Positions 29,991 to 39,643 of a stretch of DNA of 64,000 bases are shown here, one piece after another. The notes beneath the pieces were generated by a model, which searched no databases, was not told where the DNA came from, and worked only from the letters and a program-made list of their open reading frames with translations. Position 1 is the first letter of the stretch; the number at the start of each line of letters is the position of its first letter. A program made the position numbers and the translations under genes. The stretch is from an uncultured delta proteobacterium (GTDB lineage: Bacteria; Desulfobacterota; Binatia; JACPRU01), in contig CAVUWD010000005.1 of assembly GCA_963745025.1 (NCBI GenBank), forward strand, positions 1-64,000, written 5' to 3'.

Positions 29991-31042
29991 ATGAAACCAA
30001 CGCTTGTCACCGGCGCCAACGGCCACGTCGGCAACAACATCTGCCGCTTGCTCGTGGAGCGCGGCGAGCCGGTCCGCGCGATGATCCGGCCGTCCGCCGA
30101 TCCGCGGCCGCTCGAGACGCTCGACGTCGAGATCGTCCGCGGTGACATTCTCGATCCCGCTTCGACCGCGGCCGCGGTCGCGGGGGCGGGTCGCGTGTAT
30201 CACACCGCCGCGGGGTTTCTGATGTGGTCGAAGGATCCCGAGCGCGACATCATCCGTCCGAGCGTCGAAGGCACCCGCAACGTGCTCGAGGCCGCGGTGA
30301 AGGCCGGCGTCGAGAAGGTCGTGTACACGAGCACGACGGGCACGATGGGCTTCGCCGCCACCCCGGATCGGGTGATCGACGAGAGCCATTTCAACGAGCA
30401 TCCGCACACGCACTACGTGCGCGGCAAGATCGCCGCCGAGAAGGAGGCGTTCGCGATCGCCGCGCGCACGGGCTTGCCGCTGTGCGCGATGAACCCCGGC
30501 TTGATCCTCGGCCCGCGATTCTGGAAGGTCTCGCGAGTCGGTCAAGCAGGTCGCCGACTTCCTCAATCGGGGCGCGCCGCTCTACTTCGACGGCGGGTTC
30601 GGCGTCGTCGACGTCGAGGACGTCGCGCGCGGCTCGCTCGCTCGCGATGGAGAAGGGCCGGAGCGGCGAGCGCTACATCCTCTCGGGCGAGAACCTGACC
30701 GTGAAGCAGCTCTTCGACATCCTCGCCGAGCTCACCGGGCCTCGCGGCGCCGACGATCAAGGCGCCCGTCTCTGTGGTGCGCGTGCTCGCCGCCGCTCAT
30801 GGAATTCGCCGCCAAGCTGACCGGGATCGCGGCCGATGCTCGACCGCAGCCAGGTGGACGAGTTCGCCGGCAAGTACGGCTACTTCGACTGCGCGAAGGC
30901 GAAGCGAGAGCTCGGTTACACCTATCTCTCGGCGCGCGATACGCTGCGCCGCACGGTCGCCTGGCTGGTCGACAACGGTTTCGTCACCGAGCGGCGCCGC
31001 CAGGCGATGAAGTTGGATCCGTCCGTAGCGAACGCGTATTGA
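29991..31042 (+). pseudogene. NAD-dependent epimerase/dihydroflavonol-reductase-like SDR, frameshifted (possibly sequencing errors)
   Basis: VTGANGHVG, YTSTT, YVRGK, NPG; continuation VVDVEDVARG, GERYILSG, KAKRELGY in other frames. Confidence 0.8.
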
Positions 31043-31113
31043 GGGGCGAAGAACATCCTCGAGCCTTTCATCAGCGGCACCGAGTCTTGTAAGGATTTTC
31101 GCAGGAGGACGCC

Positions 31114-31443
31114 ATGTACAAGCTCGTCGCCCTTTGGTCCGCCCCGAAGCCGGGAGACGTCGAAGCATTCGAGTCCTACTACCGAGAAGTTCACGTGCCC
31201 AAAGCAACCGTGGTGCCGGGATTGAAGCGGATCGCCCTGACCCGCATCGACTCGGGTCTCGAGGGCGGAGCCGCGCCTTTCTATCGCGTCGCCGAGCTGT
31301 TTTTCGAAAGCCCGGAGGCGATGGAGAAGAGCGGACACTCCGACCTCTGGCAGGCGATGCGCCAGGACGCCGGCCAGATGATCGAACGCTTCGGCGTGAC
31401 GCTCACGGTCGGCATGGGGTGGGAAGAAGAGACCAAGCGGTAG
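31114..31443 (+). CDS. EthD family protein
   Basis: AFESYYREVHVP..PGL..VAELFFES. Confidence 0.85.
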   Translation: MYKLVALWSAPKPGDVEAFESYYREVHVPKATVVPGLKRIALTRIDSGLEGGAAPFYRVAELFFESPEAMEKSGHSDLWQAMRQDAGQMIERFGVTLTVGMGWEEETKR

Positions 31444-31453
31444 AGATCACCGC

Positions 31454-32239
31454 TCAGGGATACGTGCCGGCCACGCTCTCCGGCAGGACGTCGTCCGAGC
31501 TGACGTAGCCCGGTGGCTTGCCGGTCGTGGATTCGACGGCGAGAAAGCCGGGTAGAACACGGATCACGTGGATGCGCGTGCCGGGGGCGAGATAGGTGAC
31601 GACGGGAGCGGTCTCGCTCGGCGACTGGAAGAGGGGTGAACGGTAGCGCACCCGATACCAGCCGGGGCGGTGCCGCCGCGCAGGCTCCACCGCGGGTTCG
31701 GAAGGCGTCTTCCGCGCAGGCGTCGCCGGAGCTTCCTCGTATGCCGGTGCGGGCTCGTGAGATGCGGGCGGAATCGTCGGCTTCGCGGCCGCGACTTCCG
31801 AAGGCGCGTTCGCAGGCGGCGTTGCGCGGGCTTCCTCGTGAGCCGGCACGACCTCGGGTGATGGAGCCGGGAGCGTCGGCTTCGCCGACGTGAACTCGGC
31901 CCGTTGCTCGGCGGGCGACGGCGCCGGGGTCGCCTCCGCTTGCGGCTCGCCGGGAACGGGGAGCGTGCCCGCTCGGTGCCGTTGGTAGGCAACCAACCCA
32001 GCGACGAGAAGCAGAATGGCGGCGAAGATGGCGGCGAGTCCGCGGCCGCGACGGCGCGACGGCGACTGCGGCATCTCGCCGGGAGTCGGCTTCCGGCTCT
32101 CGACCTCGCTCGCGGTCGCGCTTCGCTTGGCCCCGCCACGGGCCTGGACGAGGATCGCGCCGCACTCGCGGCAGAACTGGGCGTCCGCGGGATTGGGGTT
32201 CCCGCACGAGGGACAGAGTCGTGCCGTTTCCTCCGTCAC
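31454..32239 (-). CDS. Zinc-ribbon, transmembrane, Pro-rich linker, SH3-like protein
   Basis: CPSCG..FCRECG, one TM helix, C-terminal PLFQSPS..GTRIHV..GYVS. Confidence 0.7.
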   Translation of the reverse strand: MTEETARLCPSCGNPNPADAQFCRECGAILVQARGGAKRSATASEVESRKPTPGEMPQSPSRRRGRGLAAIFAAILLLVAGLVAYQRHRAGTLPVPGEPQAEATPAPSPAEQRAEFTSAKPTLPAPSPEVVPAHEEARATPPANAPSEVAAAKPTIPPASHEPAPAYEEAPATPARKTPSEPAVEPARRHRPGWYRVRYRSPLFQSPSETAPVVTYLAPGTRIHVIRVLPGFLAVESTTGKPPGYVSSDDVLPESVAGTYP

Positions 32240-33363
32240 CGTTTGCTTCTCCTGACGCCGAGTATCGTGGTCCGAAGCTCGCTCACTTCTTCGCTACCGA
32301 GTAGCTCGGCGAGCGGCTCGAGTCGATCCTCTGAAAGCGCCCGAGCCTCGACGGGCGCCGCGACGGCGAGGCTCGCGACGATGCGGTCGCCGATTTGCGA
32401 CAGCGTGGGGCGAAGCTCAGTTTCGAGATCGAGGGTGGCCTCGGTCTCGCTCGCGCGGCGCTCGATCGCCTTGGCGAGCGCGATCTGGATCGCAAAGAGC
32501 GCGCGGACCGAATCGGGCTCCAGGCCGGCCGCGCGTGCGGCGCCTTCGGCCCGAGCCAAGACGGCCTGTTCACGCTCGGGATCCTCGACCGCGAGCCCGT
32601 GGGCGCGCTTCCAGGCCGCGACCGCGGGCATCAGCGCGAGCCGGCGCGCGGCGAGGTCGATCAGGTTGTCGACCTCGTCGCGTGGCGACGCTCCGCCGAG
32701 CCAGCGACGGCGCAGCTCCTCGAGGCGCCTCTCGTTGGCGGCGAGCCAGGCGTCGATGCGGGGGCCGAGCGCGCTCGCGCGTTGGGGCGCGATCCAGTAT
32801 ACCTTGCGGTCGCGAGGCGGCTCGCAGCGGACCGCGTCGTCGGTCCGACGCGGCCGGCTCGCCGCTTCGAAGGAGTCGGTGACGAAGGCGCTCACGGCGC
32901 CGCCCTCGAGGAGCGTCGGCAGCGAGAGATTGTCGTCGACCGCAACGAGCGATTGTGGCGCGAATCGTCGGCGCGCCCAGCTCTCGAGCACCCCGCCCCG
33001 ATTCACCGCGACTAGGCCGGCGGTCGGGTCGCCGACGACGCAAGGGCCACCCTGGGCGACGGCTCGGCTCATCCAGCCGATGACCGCTCGCTCCGGCCGC
33101 CAGGTGATGCCGCTCATCGCGACGTCGAACACGTTGGCGCGAGCGTTGCCGCGGAGCTCCGGCCAGCGGAAGCGAACCCACTCGATGCGCATGCCGAAGT
33201 CGCGCGCCATGGCCTCGACGGCGTCGACGTCGAAGCCCCGGCCGCGGAGCGAGAATGGCGTATAGTCATCGCTCGTCCCGACCCGCAGCACCGGTTCGGC
33301 GGCGACGACCGATCGGGCGAGCACGAGACCGACGAGAGTGGCCAGCGCCAGCGTGCTTGCCAT
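32236..33363 (-). CDS. Exported cyclohexadienyl dehydratase/SBP3-chorismate mutase (AroQ gamma) fusion
   Basis: Signal peptide; LRVGTSDDYTPFS, FDVAMSGIT, VNRGG; C-terminal RRLALMPAVAAWK..VEDPEREQAVL..QIALAKAIE..LRP. Confidence 0.8.
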   Translation of the reverse strand: MASTLALATLVGLVLARSVVAAEPVLRVGTSDDYTPFSLRGRGFDVDAVEAMARDFGMRIEWVRFRWPELRGNARANVFDVAMSGITWRPERAVIGWMSRAVAQGGPCVVGDPTAGLVAVNRGGVLESWARRRFAPQSLVAVDDNLSLPTLLEGGAVSAFVTDSFEAASRPRRTDDAVRCEPPRDRKVYWIAPQRASALGPRIDAWLAANERRLEELRRRWLGGASPRDEVDNLIDLAARRLALMPAVAAWKRAHGLAVEDPEREQAVLARAEGAARAAGLEPDSVRALFAIQIALAKAIERRASETEATLDLETELRPTLSQIGDRIVASLAVAAPVEARALSEDRLEPLAELLGSEEVSELRTTILGVRRSKR

Positions 33364-33418
33364 CGATGACGTTCTCCCATAGTCCGATGACGGCGCGACC
33401 TGGCAGGAGGATCGAACC

Positions 33419-34012
33419 GTGACGCGTCTTCGCATCGACTCCATTTCAGAAGCCATGAGCCATGCTGCGGAGCTCACCGCCGCGAGAGGGATCCAGTGGG
33501 CCGACGCCTATGCGCAGTTCCCCAGTCAGATGGGCCGACTGCTGGTCACGCGGGCGAGCTACGGTGGGCCCTTTCTCGAGCTCTTCCAAAAGATCATGTG
33601 GGATCCCGGGCCGCTGACGCGCCAAGAGCGCGAAATGATCGCCATGGTCGCCTCGCGCGCCAGTCGCTGCAAGTATTGAACGGAAATTCACGGAGAGTTT
33701 CTCCGCTTCGAAAACACCGATCCCGCGCTCGTCAAGCAGATCAAGACGGATTTCCGTTCGGCACCGATCGAGCCCCGCCACCGAGCGCTTCTCGAATACG
33801 CCGAGAAGCTCACGCTCACGCCCCACAAGATGGTCGACGGCGACGTCGACCTCCTCCGCCGCAGCGGCTGGAGCGAGGACGCGATCGTCGCCGCCACGCA
33901 CGTCGTCGGCATCTTCAACTACCTGGTGCGCCTCGCGGACGCGTTCGGGATCGAGTGGGAGCCCGAGGTCGAGGCCTCCGCCACGCATCAGCCGGAGCTC
34001 TGGAAGGACTAG
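33419..34012 (+). CDS. AhpD/CMD-like peroxidase, predicted selenoprotein (CxxU; TGA 33677-33679)
   Basis: SD AGGAGG; LTRQEREMIAMVASRASRCKY-U-TEIHGEFL..ALLEYAEKLT..FNYLVRLADAFG in one frame. Confidence 0.9.
33691..33705 (+). promoter_or_regulatory. Candidate bacterial SECIS hairpin
   Basis: CGGAGA-GUU-UCUCCG begins after an 11-nt spacer following UGA. Confidence 0.7.
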
Positions 34013-34099
34013 GCGCGCCATCAGATTGCCGCGAATCCTCCGTCCGTTCTCACCGCGGGGTTGCATCGCGCGTGCGGAACTGGCGATACGGTGAGGCGC

Positions 34100-35221
34100 A
34101 TGGGCGCGGTCATCAGCGGAAGCGGCCTCTTCACGCCGCCCGAATCGATCTCCAACGACGAGCTCGTCGCCTCGTTCAACGAATACGCCCGTCGCTGGAA
34201 TCGCGAGCACGCCGCCGAAATCAGCGCGGGTCGAGCACGGCCGCTCGCGGAGTCGAGCAGCGAGTTCGTGGTCAAGGCGTCGGGCATCCGCAGCCGCCAC
34301 GTGGTCGACAAGCGAGGCATCCTCGATCCCGACGTGATGCGGCCGCAGATCCGCCGGCGCTCGAACGAGGAGCCGGCGCTGCTTTGCGAGATTTCGCTCG
34401 CCGCGGCGCGCCAAGCGCTCGAGCAGGCCAGACGCGAGCCCGGCGACATCGACGGGGTGCTGGTCGCCTGCTCGAATCTCGAGCGCGCCTATCCCGCGGT
34501 CGCCGTCGAGGTGCAGCATCATCTCGGAACGGGCGGCTACGCGTTCGACCTGAACGTCGCGTGCGCTTCGGCGGCATTCGGCGTGCAGGTCGCGGTCGAC
34601 GCGGTGGCCCGCGGCAGCGCCCGGGCGGTGCTCGTGGTGAATCCCGAGGTCTGCAGTGCGCATCTGAACTTTCGCGACCGCGACAGCCACTTCATCTTCG
34701 GCGATGCGGCGACTGCCCTGGTCATCGAGGCCGCGCCACGCGACCCGTCCGGCCCGCACACCTTCGAGGTGCTTGGCACGCGGTTGCTGACGCGTTTCTC
34801 GAACAACATCCGAAACAACTTCGGCTTCCTGAACCGCTGCGAGCTGCCGCCGCGCGACCCCGACGAGCTGCTCTTCGTTCAGGATGGCCGCCAGGTCTTC
34901 AAGGAAGTCGTGCCGATCGTCTCCGCGCTGATCTCGCGCGAGCTCGGCGAACTCGGCATCGAGGTGTCGGCGGTCAAGCGCTTCTGGCTCCACCAGGCCA
35001 ACCTCAGCATGAACGAGCTGATCCTGAAGCGCGTGCTCGGCCGAGCGGCGGACGAGAGCGCGGCACCGATCGTCCTCGACGAGTACGCGAACACGAGCTC
35101 GGCGGGGTCGGTGATCGCCTTTCACAAGCATCACGAAGGCTTCGTCAAAGGAGACCTCGGCGTGCTCTGCGCGTTCGGGGCGGGGTACTCCGCGGGAATT
35201 GCGGTTCTTCGTAAGCTCTAG
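34100..35221 (+). CDS. fabH: Beta-ketoacyl-ACP synthase III (PA3286-like)
   Basis: NVACASA, SHFIFGD, WLHQAN, ANTSSAG, AFGAGY. Confidence 0.9.
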   Translation: MGAVISGSGLFTPPESISNDELVASFNEYARRWNREHAAEISAGRARPLAESSSEFVVKASGIRSRHVVDKRGILDPDVMRPQIRRRSNEEPALLCEISLAAARQALEQARREPGDIDGVLVACSNLERAYPAVAVEVQHHLGTGGYAFDLNVACASAAFGVQVAVDAVARGSARAVLVVNPEVCSAHLNFRDRDSHFIFGDAATALVIEAAPRDPSGPHTFEVLGTRLLTRFSNNIRNNFGFLNRCELPPRDPDELLFVQDGRQVFKEVVPIVSALISRELGELGIEVSAVKRFWLHQANLSMNELILKRVLGRAADESAAPIVLDEYANTSSAGSVIAFHKHHEGFVKGDLGVLCAFGAGYSAGIAVLRKL

Positions 35222-35245
35222 CGGCGGTCCGGATCGAGCGGACGG

Positions 35246-36604
35246 CTAGGCGGACGCTAGTTTCGGCAGCCGCTCGAGCGAGGCGGCGATCGCCGCGGCG
35301 GGATGCTGGTAGTCCTCGAGCTCGCCGCGGAAGTACTGGTCGTAGGCCGCCATGTCGAAGTGGCCGTGCCCCGAGAGGTTGAAGAAGAGGACGCGCGGCT
35401 CGCCGCGCTGCTTGCACTCGAGCGCCTCGTCGATCACGGCGCGGATCGCGTGACTCGCCTCTGGCGCCGGCACGATGCCCTCGGTGCGAGCGAAGGTCAC
35501 GCCGGCCTCGAAGGTCGCGAGCTGCGGCACGGCCTGCGCCTCGACGAGGCCTTCGCGGACGAGCTGTGAGACGAGCGGCGAGTCGCCGTGATAGCGGAGG
35601 CCTCCCGCGTGGATCCGCGGCGGTACGAAGTCGTGACCGAGCGTGTACATGAGCAGGAGCGGCGTGAGGCCCGCGGTGTCCCCGAAGTCGTAGGCGTAGT
35701 GTCCGCGGGTGAGCGTGGGGCACGACGTCGGCTCGACGGCGACGAGGCGGATGCGACGGCCGGCGGCCTTGTCGGCGAAGAAGGGAAACGCGACGCCGCC
35801 GAAATTCGAGCCGCCGCCGCAGCAGGCGAAGACGGCGTCGGGATACTCGCCAAGCGTCTCGAACTGCTTTTTCGCTTCCAAGCCGATCACGGTCTGGTGG
35901 AGCAGCACGTGGTTGAGGACCGATCCGAGGGCGTAGTTCGTGTCCTTCCGCGACGCAGCTTCCTCGACCGCCTCGGAGATGGCGATCCCGAGCGAGCCCG
36001 GCGAATCCACGTCGCCCGCCAGGATCTTCTTGCCCGACTCCGTATTGCGGCTCGGGCTGGCGATGACCTCGGCGCCCCAGGTCTCCATCAGCGAGCGGCG
36101 GAAGGGCTTCTGCTCGTAGCTGACGCGCACCATGTAGACCCGCACGGAGATGCCGAAGAGCTGTCCGGCGAGCGCGAGCGCCGAGCCCCATTGGCCCGCG
36201 CCGGTTTCGGTGGCGAGCCGATGAATGCCGGCTTCGGCGTTGTAGAAGGCCTGCGCCACGGCGGTGTTCGGCTTGTGCGACCCTGCCGGGCTCACGCCCT
36301 CGTACTTGTAGTAGATGCGCGCCGGCGTTCCGAGCGCGGCTTCGAGCCGGTGGGCGCGAAAGAGCGGACTCGGACGCCAGAGCCGGTAGGCCTCACGCAC
36401 CGATTCGGGGATGGAGATCCAACGCTCGCGCGAGACCTCTTGCTCGATGAGCGCCGTGGGAAAGATCGCCGCAAGTGCCTCGGGGCCGATGCGCTTGCCG
36501 TCGGGGCCGAGCGGCGGGGCGGGAGGATTCGGCATGTCCGCGACGACGTTGTACCACTGGCGCGGGATCTCGGATTCGTCGAGAAGGACTTTCGTTTGCG
36601 GCAC
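35246..36604 (-). CDS. trpB2: Tryptophan synthase beta chain type 2
   Basis: [53 protein letters not shown]. Confidence 0.96.
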   Translation of the reverse strand: MPQTKVLLDESEIPRQWYNVVADMPNPPAPPLGPDGKRIGPEALAAIFPTALIEQEVSRERWISIPESVREAYRLWRPSPLFRAHRLEAALGTPARIYYKYEGVSPAGSHKPNTAVAQAFYNAEAGIHRLATETGAGQWGSALALAGQLFGISVRVYMVRVSYEQKPFRRSLMETWGAEVIASPSRNTESGKKILAGDVDSPGSLGIAISEAVEEAASRKDTNYALGSVLNHVLLHQTVIGLEAKKQFETLGEYPDAVFACCGGGSNFGGVAFPFFADKAAGRRIRLVAVEPTSCPTLTRGHYAYDFGDTAGLTPLLLMYTLGHDFVPPRIHAGGLRYHGDSPLVSQLVREGLVEAQAVPQLATFEAGVTFARTEGIVPAPEASHAIRAVIDEALECKQRGEPRVLFFNLSGHGHFDMAAYDQYFRGELEDYQHPAAAIAASLERLPKLASA

Positions 36605-36635
36605 GAGGCCTCCCGGGGAGCGTTCTACGCCTGGT

Positions 36636-38159
36636 CTACGCTCGAACCGCCGCGGGCTTCGTCCCTTCGCCCATCCGCGAATCGAGCGGGGTCGCGAAGG
36701 ACGCGTCCGTCCCGCCCCACTCGCCCAGATGAGCGCACCGCCGCGTGAACTCCAACAGGGGCTTGACGTCGAACTCCCGGACCATCGTCAGCTTCTGCGT
36801 CTCCAGGGATCCCTCGGCGTGAATGGATAAGATCTCGTGGTAGCCGCCGATCTCGGAAGCCATCATGTCCCGGATCAGGTTCATGAGGCGCAGCCGGTCG
36901 CGCGTCGGGACGCCTTTCTTCCCTCCCAGGTACTTCTCGATGTCGCGGGCCGTTTCGGGATTCGCAAGGTCTTCCTCGGCCGGCCCCGTCACCAGCAGGC
37001 CGCCGGCGATGTCCTGCACGTTGCGCACCATGACGTGATAGTTCTCCGCGAAGTGGAACTTGGCGGCGTTCGAGAGCACGGGGTCCGGCACCGCGATGCC
37101 GCCATCCAGCGTGCGGTGCTGGATAGCCGACATCTTGGTGAGCCCCAGCACCGCCTCCCGGTAGTTGATGAGGCGAGCGAGCTTCTCCCGCACGTGGTTC
37201 GCCTTGGTGATCCCGTTGTAGTCGGCCATGAGCATCGCGGCACCCACCATCAGGTCGATCCAGGGCAGCTTGTAGGACGCGGCGGTGAACCGGTGGAACT
37301 GGACGAAGGTGTTGGCGATGGCCCCTGCGTACTGCCACTCTCCGTCCAGAAACACGCGCTCCCAGGGGACGAAGACGTCGTCGAAGATGGTGAGGGTGTC
37401 CACGATCTTGTGGCGCGCGCCGATGGGGTGGTGGAACTCCGACGGTGCGGCCTCGCTGAATGGGCTCATAATCATCCGCAGGCCCTTGACGTTGGCCGGC
37501 ACGGCGAAGGCCACGGCGTAGTCCCGATCCTCCTCGCCCAGAGCGCGTGTGGGCAGTACGGCGATCTCATTGGCCAGGATCGAGCCGGTGGTATGGGCCT
37601 TGGCCCCCCGCACCACGATGCCATCCTTGTTTCGGGAGACCACCCGCACGTAGTAATCCGGGTGCGCCTGCTCCGTGGGGCCGAGGGAGCGATCCCCCTT
37701 CACGTCGGTCTGGGCCACGGCCATGGCCACATCCCGTTCCTGGCAAGAGGCGTGGTAGCGCTCCAGGCGGGGAAGATAGTCCGCCTTGCCCTTGGCGGCC
37801 ATGTGGGTGGCCACGGCGCGCATCGCGAAGAGGAAGTCCGTGCCGATCTCTTTGATCAGAAGGACCACGCCGTGCCCCGCCCGGGTGCTGGCCTCGATGC
37901 ACTCGCGGCGACGGAGCAGATCGTCGCCGTTTCGGGGGATCTTGAAGTAGCGGCTGTGCCGCACCCCCTGTTCGTCGACGTAGGTCAGCAGATCCCGCTG
38001 CTCGGGCTCCTCGGCGATGCGGTAGTCCGCCGCCACGTGGTCGACGGCCCGGCGCGTCACCGGATGCTCGGTGACATCCTTTACCCGCTCGCCCTTATAG
38101 TAGACGACTCGCCCATCGCGCAGACTGTCCACGAACTCCTTCGGTGATTTCAATCCCAT
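36636..38159 (-). CDS. HpaB/4-hydroxybutyryl-CoA dehydratase family flavoprotein
   Basis: [52 protein letters not shown]. Confidence 0.88.
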   Translation of the reverse strand: MGLKSPKEFVDSLRDGRVVYYKGERVKDVTEHPVTRRAVDHVAADYRIAEEPEQRDLLTYVDEQGVRHSRYFKIPRNGDDLLRRRECIEASTRAGHGVVLLIKEIGTDFLFAMRAVATHMAAKGKADYLPRLERYHASCQERDVAMAVAQTDVKGDRSLGPTEQAHPDYYVRVVSRNKDGIVVRGAKAHTTGSILANEIAVLPTRALGEEDRDYAVAFAVPANVKGLRMIMSPFSEAAPSEFHHPIGARHKIVDTLTIFDDVFVPWERVFLDGEWQYAGAIANTFVQFHRFTAASYKLPWIDLMVGAAMLMADYNGITKANHVREKLARLINYREAVLGLTKMSAIQHRTLDGGIAVPDPVLSNAAKFHFAENYHVMVRNVQDIAGGLLVTGPAEEDLANPETARDIEKYLGGKKGVPTRDRLRLMNLIRDMMASEIGGYHEILSIHAEGSLETQKLTMVREFDVKPLLEFTRRCAHLGEWGGTDASFATPLDSRMGEGTKPAAVRA

Positions 38160-38224
38160 GGCTCGCTCCTTCTCACGGCGTTCGGTCCTTGACCGTTAGT
38201 CCTCAGTCTAGGGATGAGGACGCA

Positions 38225-38240
38225 GGGCAACGCGTTGCCC
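38225..38240. promoter_or_regulatory. Perfect 16-bp palindrome, possible operator
   Basis: GGGCAACGCGTTGCCC, 65 nt upstream of the HpaB-family gene. Confidence 0.35.
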
Positions 38241-38315
38241 CCTCGGTCTCATTGCTGTTGCCTCATACCTCGTTCCTCATCCCTGGGCTAATGGTTAGGT
38301 CAGCTAGCCAGCGTT

Positions 38316-38346
38316 TATCGCTTCCGCTATCCGACGTTTCGAGAAG
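38316..38346 (+). repeat. 31-bp direct repeat, second copy at 39567-39597
   Basis: TATCGCTTCCGCTATCCGACGTTTCGAGAAG identical at both sites. Confidence 0.9.
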
Positions 38347-38689
38347 ATCATGTGGGACCCCGGACCGTTGGCGCGGGCGGAGCGCGAGATGATCGCCATG
38401 GTCGCCTCGCGCGCCAGCCGCTGCAGGTATTGAACGGAGATCCAAGGAGAGTTTCTCCGCACCGATCCGGCGCTCGCCAAGCAGATCAAGAGTGATTTTC
38501 GCTCGGCGCCGATCGAACCCCGCCACCGCGCGCTTCTGGAATACGCAGAGAAGCTCACGCTGACCCCCTACAAGATTGTCGACGAGGACCTCGACCGTCT
38601 CCGCGACAGCGGCTGGAGCGAGGATGCGATCGTCGCCGCCACGCACGTCATCGGCATCTTCAATTACCTGGTGCGTCTCGCGGACGCGT
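38338..38689 (+). pseudogene. Truncated paralog of the AhpD-like selenoprotein (TGA 38431-38433 retained)
   Basis: FEKIMWDPGPLARAEREMIAMVASRASRCRY-U-TEIQGEFLR..FNYLVRLADA; both termini lost, 9-bp deletion, His to Gln. Confidence 0.85.
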
Positions 38690-38780
38690 CCCGCTCGGTG
38701 TCTGCCCGAATCGCCGCCCGTTTTGCCGCTTCGCCCATGCCCCCGTTTTCTGGCAGAAAGCGGGGCGAGGGCAAGAGTGG

Positions 38781-39641
38781 ATGGCGCGAGTGCTGATCGC
38801 AGGCTGCGGCTACGTCGGGACGGCGCTCGTCGCTCGCCTCGCCGCCGACGGCCACGCGGTGTGGACACTCCGCCGCAGCGGGGCGGCGCCGGCCCCCGGC
38901 GCCACGGCGATTCGGGCGGATCTCAGCGATGTCGACGCGCTGCGCCGCTTGCCGCCGCGTCTGGAAAACGTCTTTTACACGGCATCGGCCGACGGCATGG
39001 ACGACCGTGCGTATCGCACCGCATACGTCGACGGCCTTCGCCACCTCCTCGCGGCGCTCGACGGCCATCCGATCCGGCGGATCGTCTTCGCCTCGAGTAC
39101 CGGCGTCTACGCCCAGTCCCACGGCGAGTGGGTGGACGAGGAGTCTCCCGCCGAGCCGACGCATTTCTCTGGGAAGCGACTCCTGGAGGGCGAGCGCCTG
39201 CTCGCGCTCGCCCGCTTCCCGGCTACCGTCGTGCGCTTCGCGGGCATCTACGGCCCGGGCCGGGCGCGGCTCGTCGAGCGGGTGCGGCGGGGGGAAGCGG
39301 TCGTTCCGGGGGAAGGTCCAGTTTATGCCAATCGCATCCACCGCGATGACTGTGCGGGGGTTCTCCGGCACGTGATGAATCTCGAGCGTGCCGACCCGCT
39401 GTATCTCGCGGCGGACGAAAAGCCGGCCGAGATCGCCGTCGTGTTGCGTTGGATCGCCGAGCGCCTGGGAGTCTCGCCTCCGAGGGTGGACCGGCCTCGG
39501 GTGGCGGGTCGCGAGGGCCGCGCGTCCAACAAGAGGGTCCGCAGCGCTCGGCTCCTGGCTACCGGCTATCGCTTCCGCTATCCGACGTTTCGAGAAGGTT
39601 ACGGGGCACTGATCGTCGGCGGCGCAACCGCGGGGACCTGA
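38781..39641 (+). CDS. Atypical SDR/NAD-dependent epimerase (YeeZ-like)
   Basis: IAGCGYVG, SSTGVY, RFAGIYGPGR, NRIHRDD, FRYPTFREG. Confidence 0.88.
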   Translation: MARVLIAGCGYVGTALVARLAADGHAVWTLRRSGAAPAPGATAIRADLSDVDALRRLPPRLENVFYTASADGMDDRAYRTAYVDGLRHLLAALDGHPIRRIVFASSTGVYAQSHGEWVDEESPAEPTHFSGKRLLEGERLLALARFPATVVRFAGIYGPGRARLVERVRRGEAVVPGEGPVYANRIHRDDCAGVLRHVMNLERADPLYLAADEKPAEIAVVLRWIAERLGVSPPRVDRPRVAGREGRASNKRVRSARLLATGYRFRYPTFREGYGALIVGGATAGT

Positions 39642-39643
39642 AC

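Noticed and set aside
24484-31042. Programmed ribosomal frameshifting
   Set aside because: Too many shifts per gene and no slippery sites noticed; indel error is simpler
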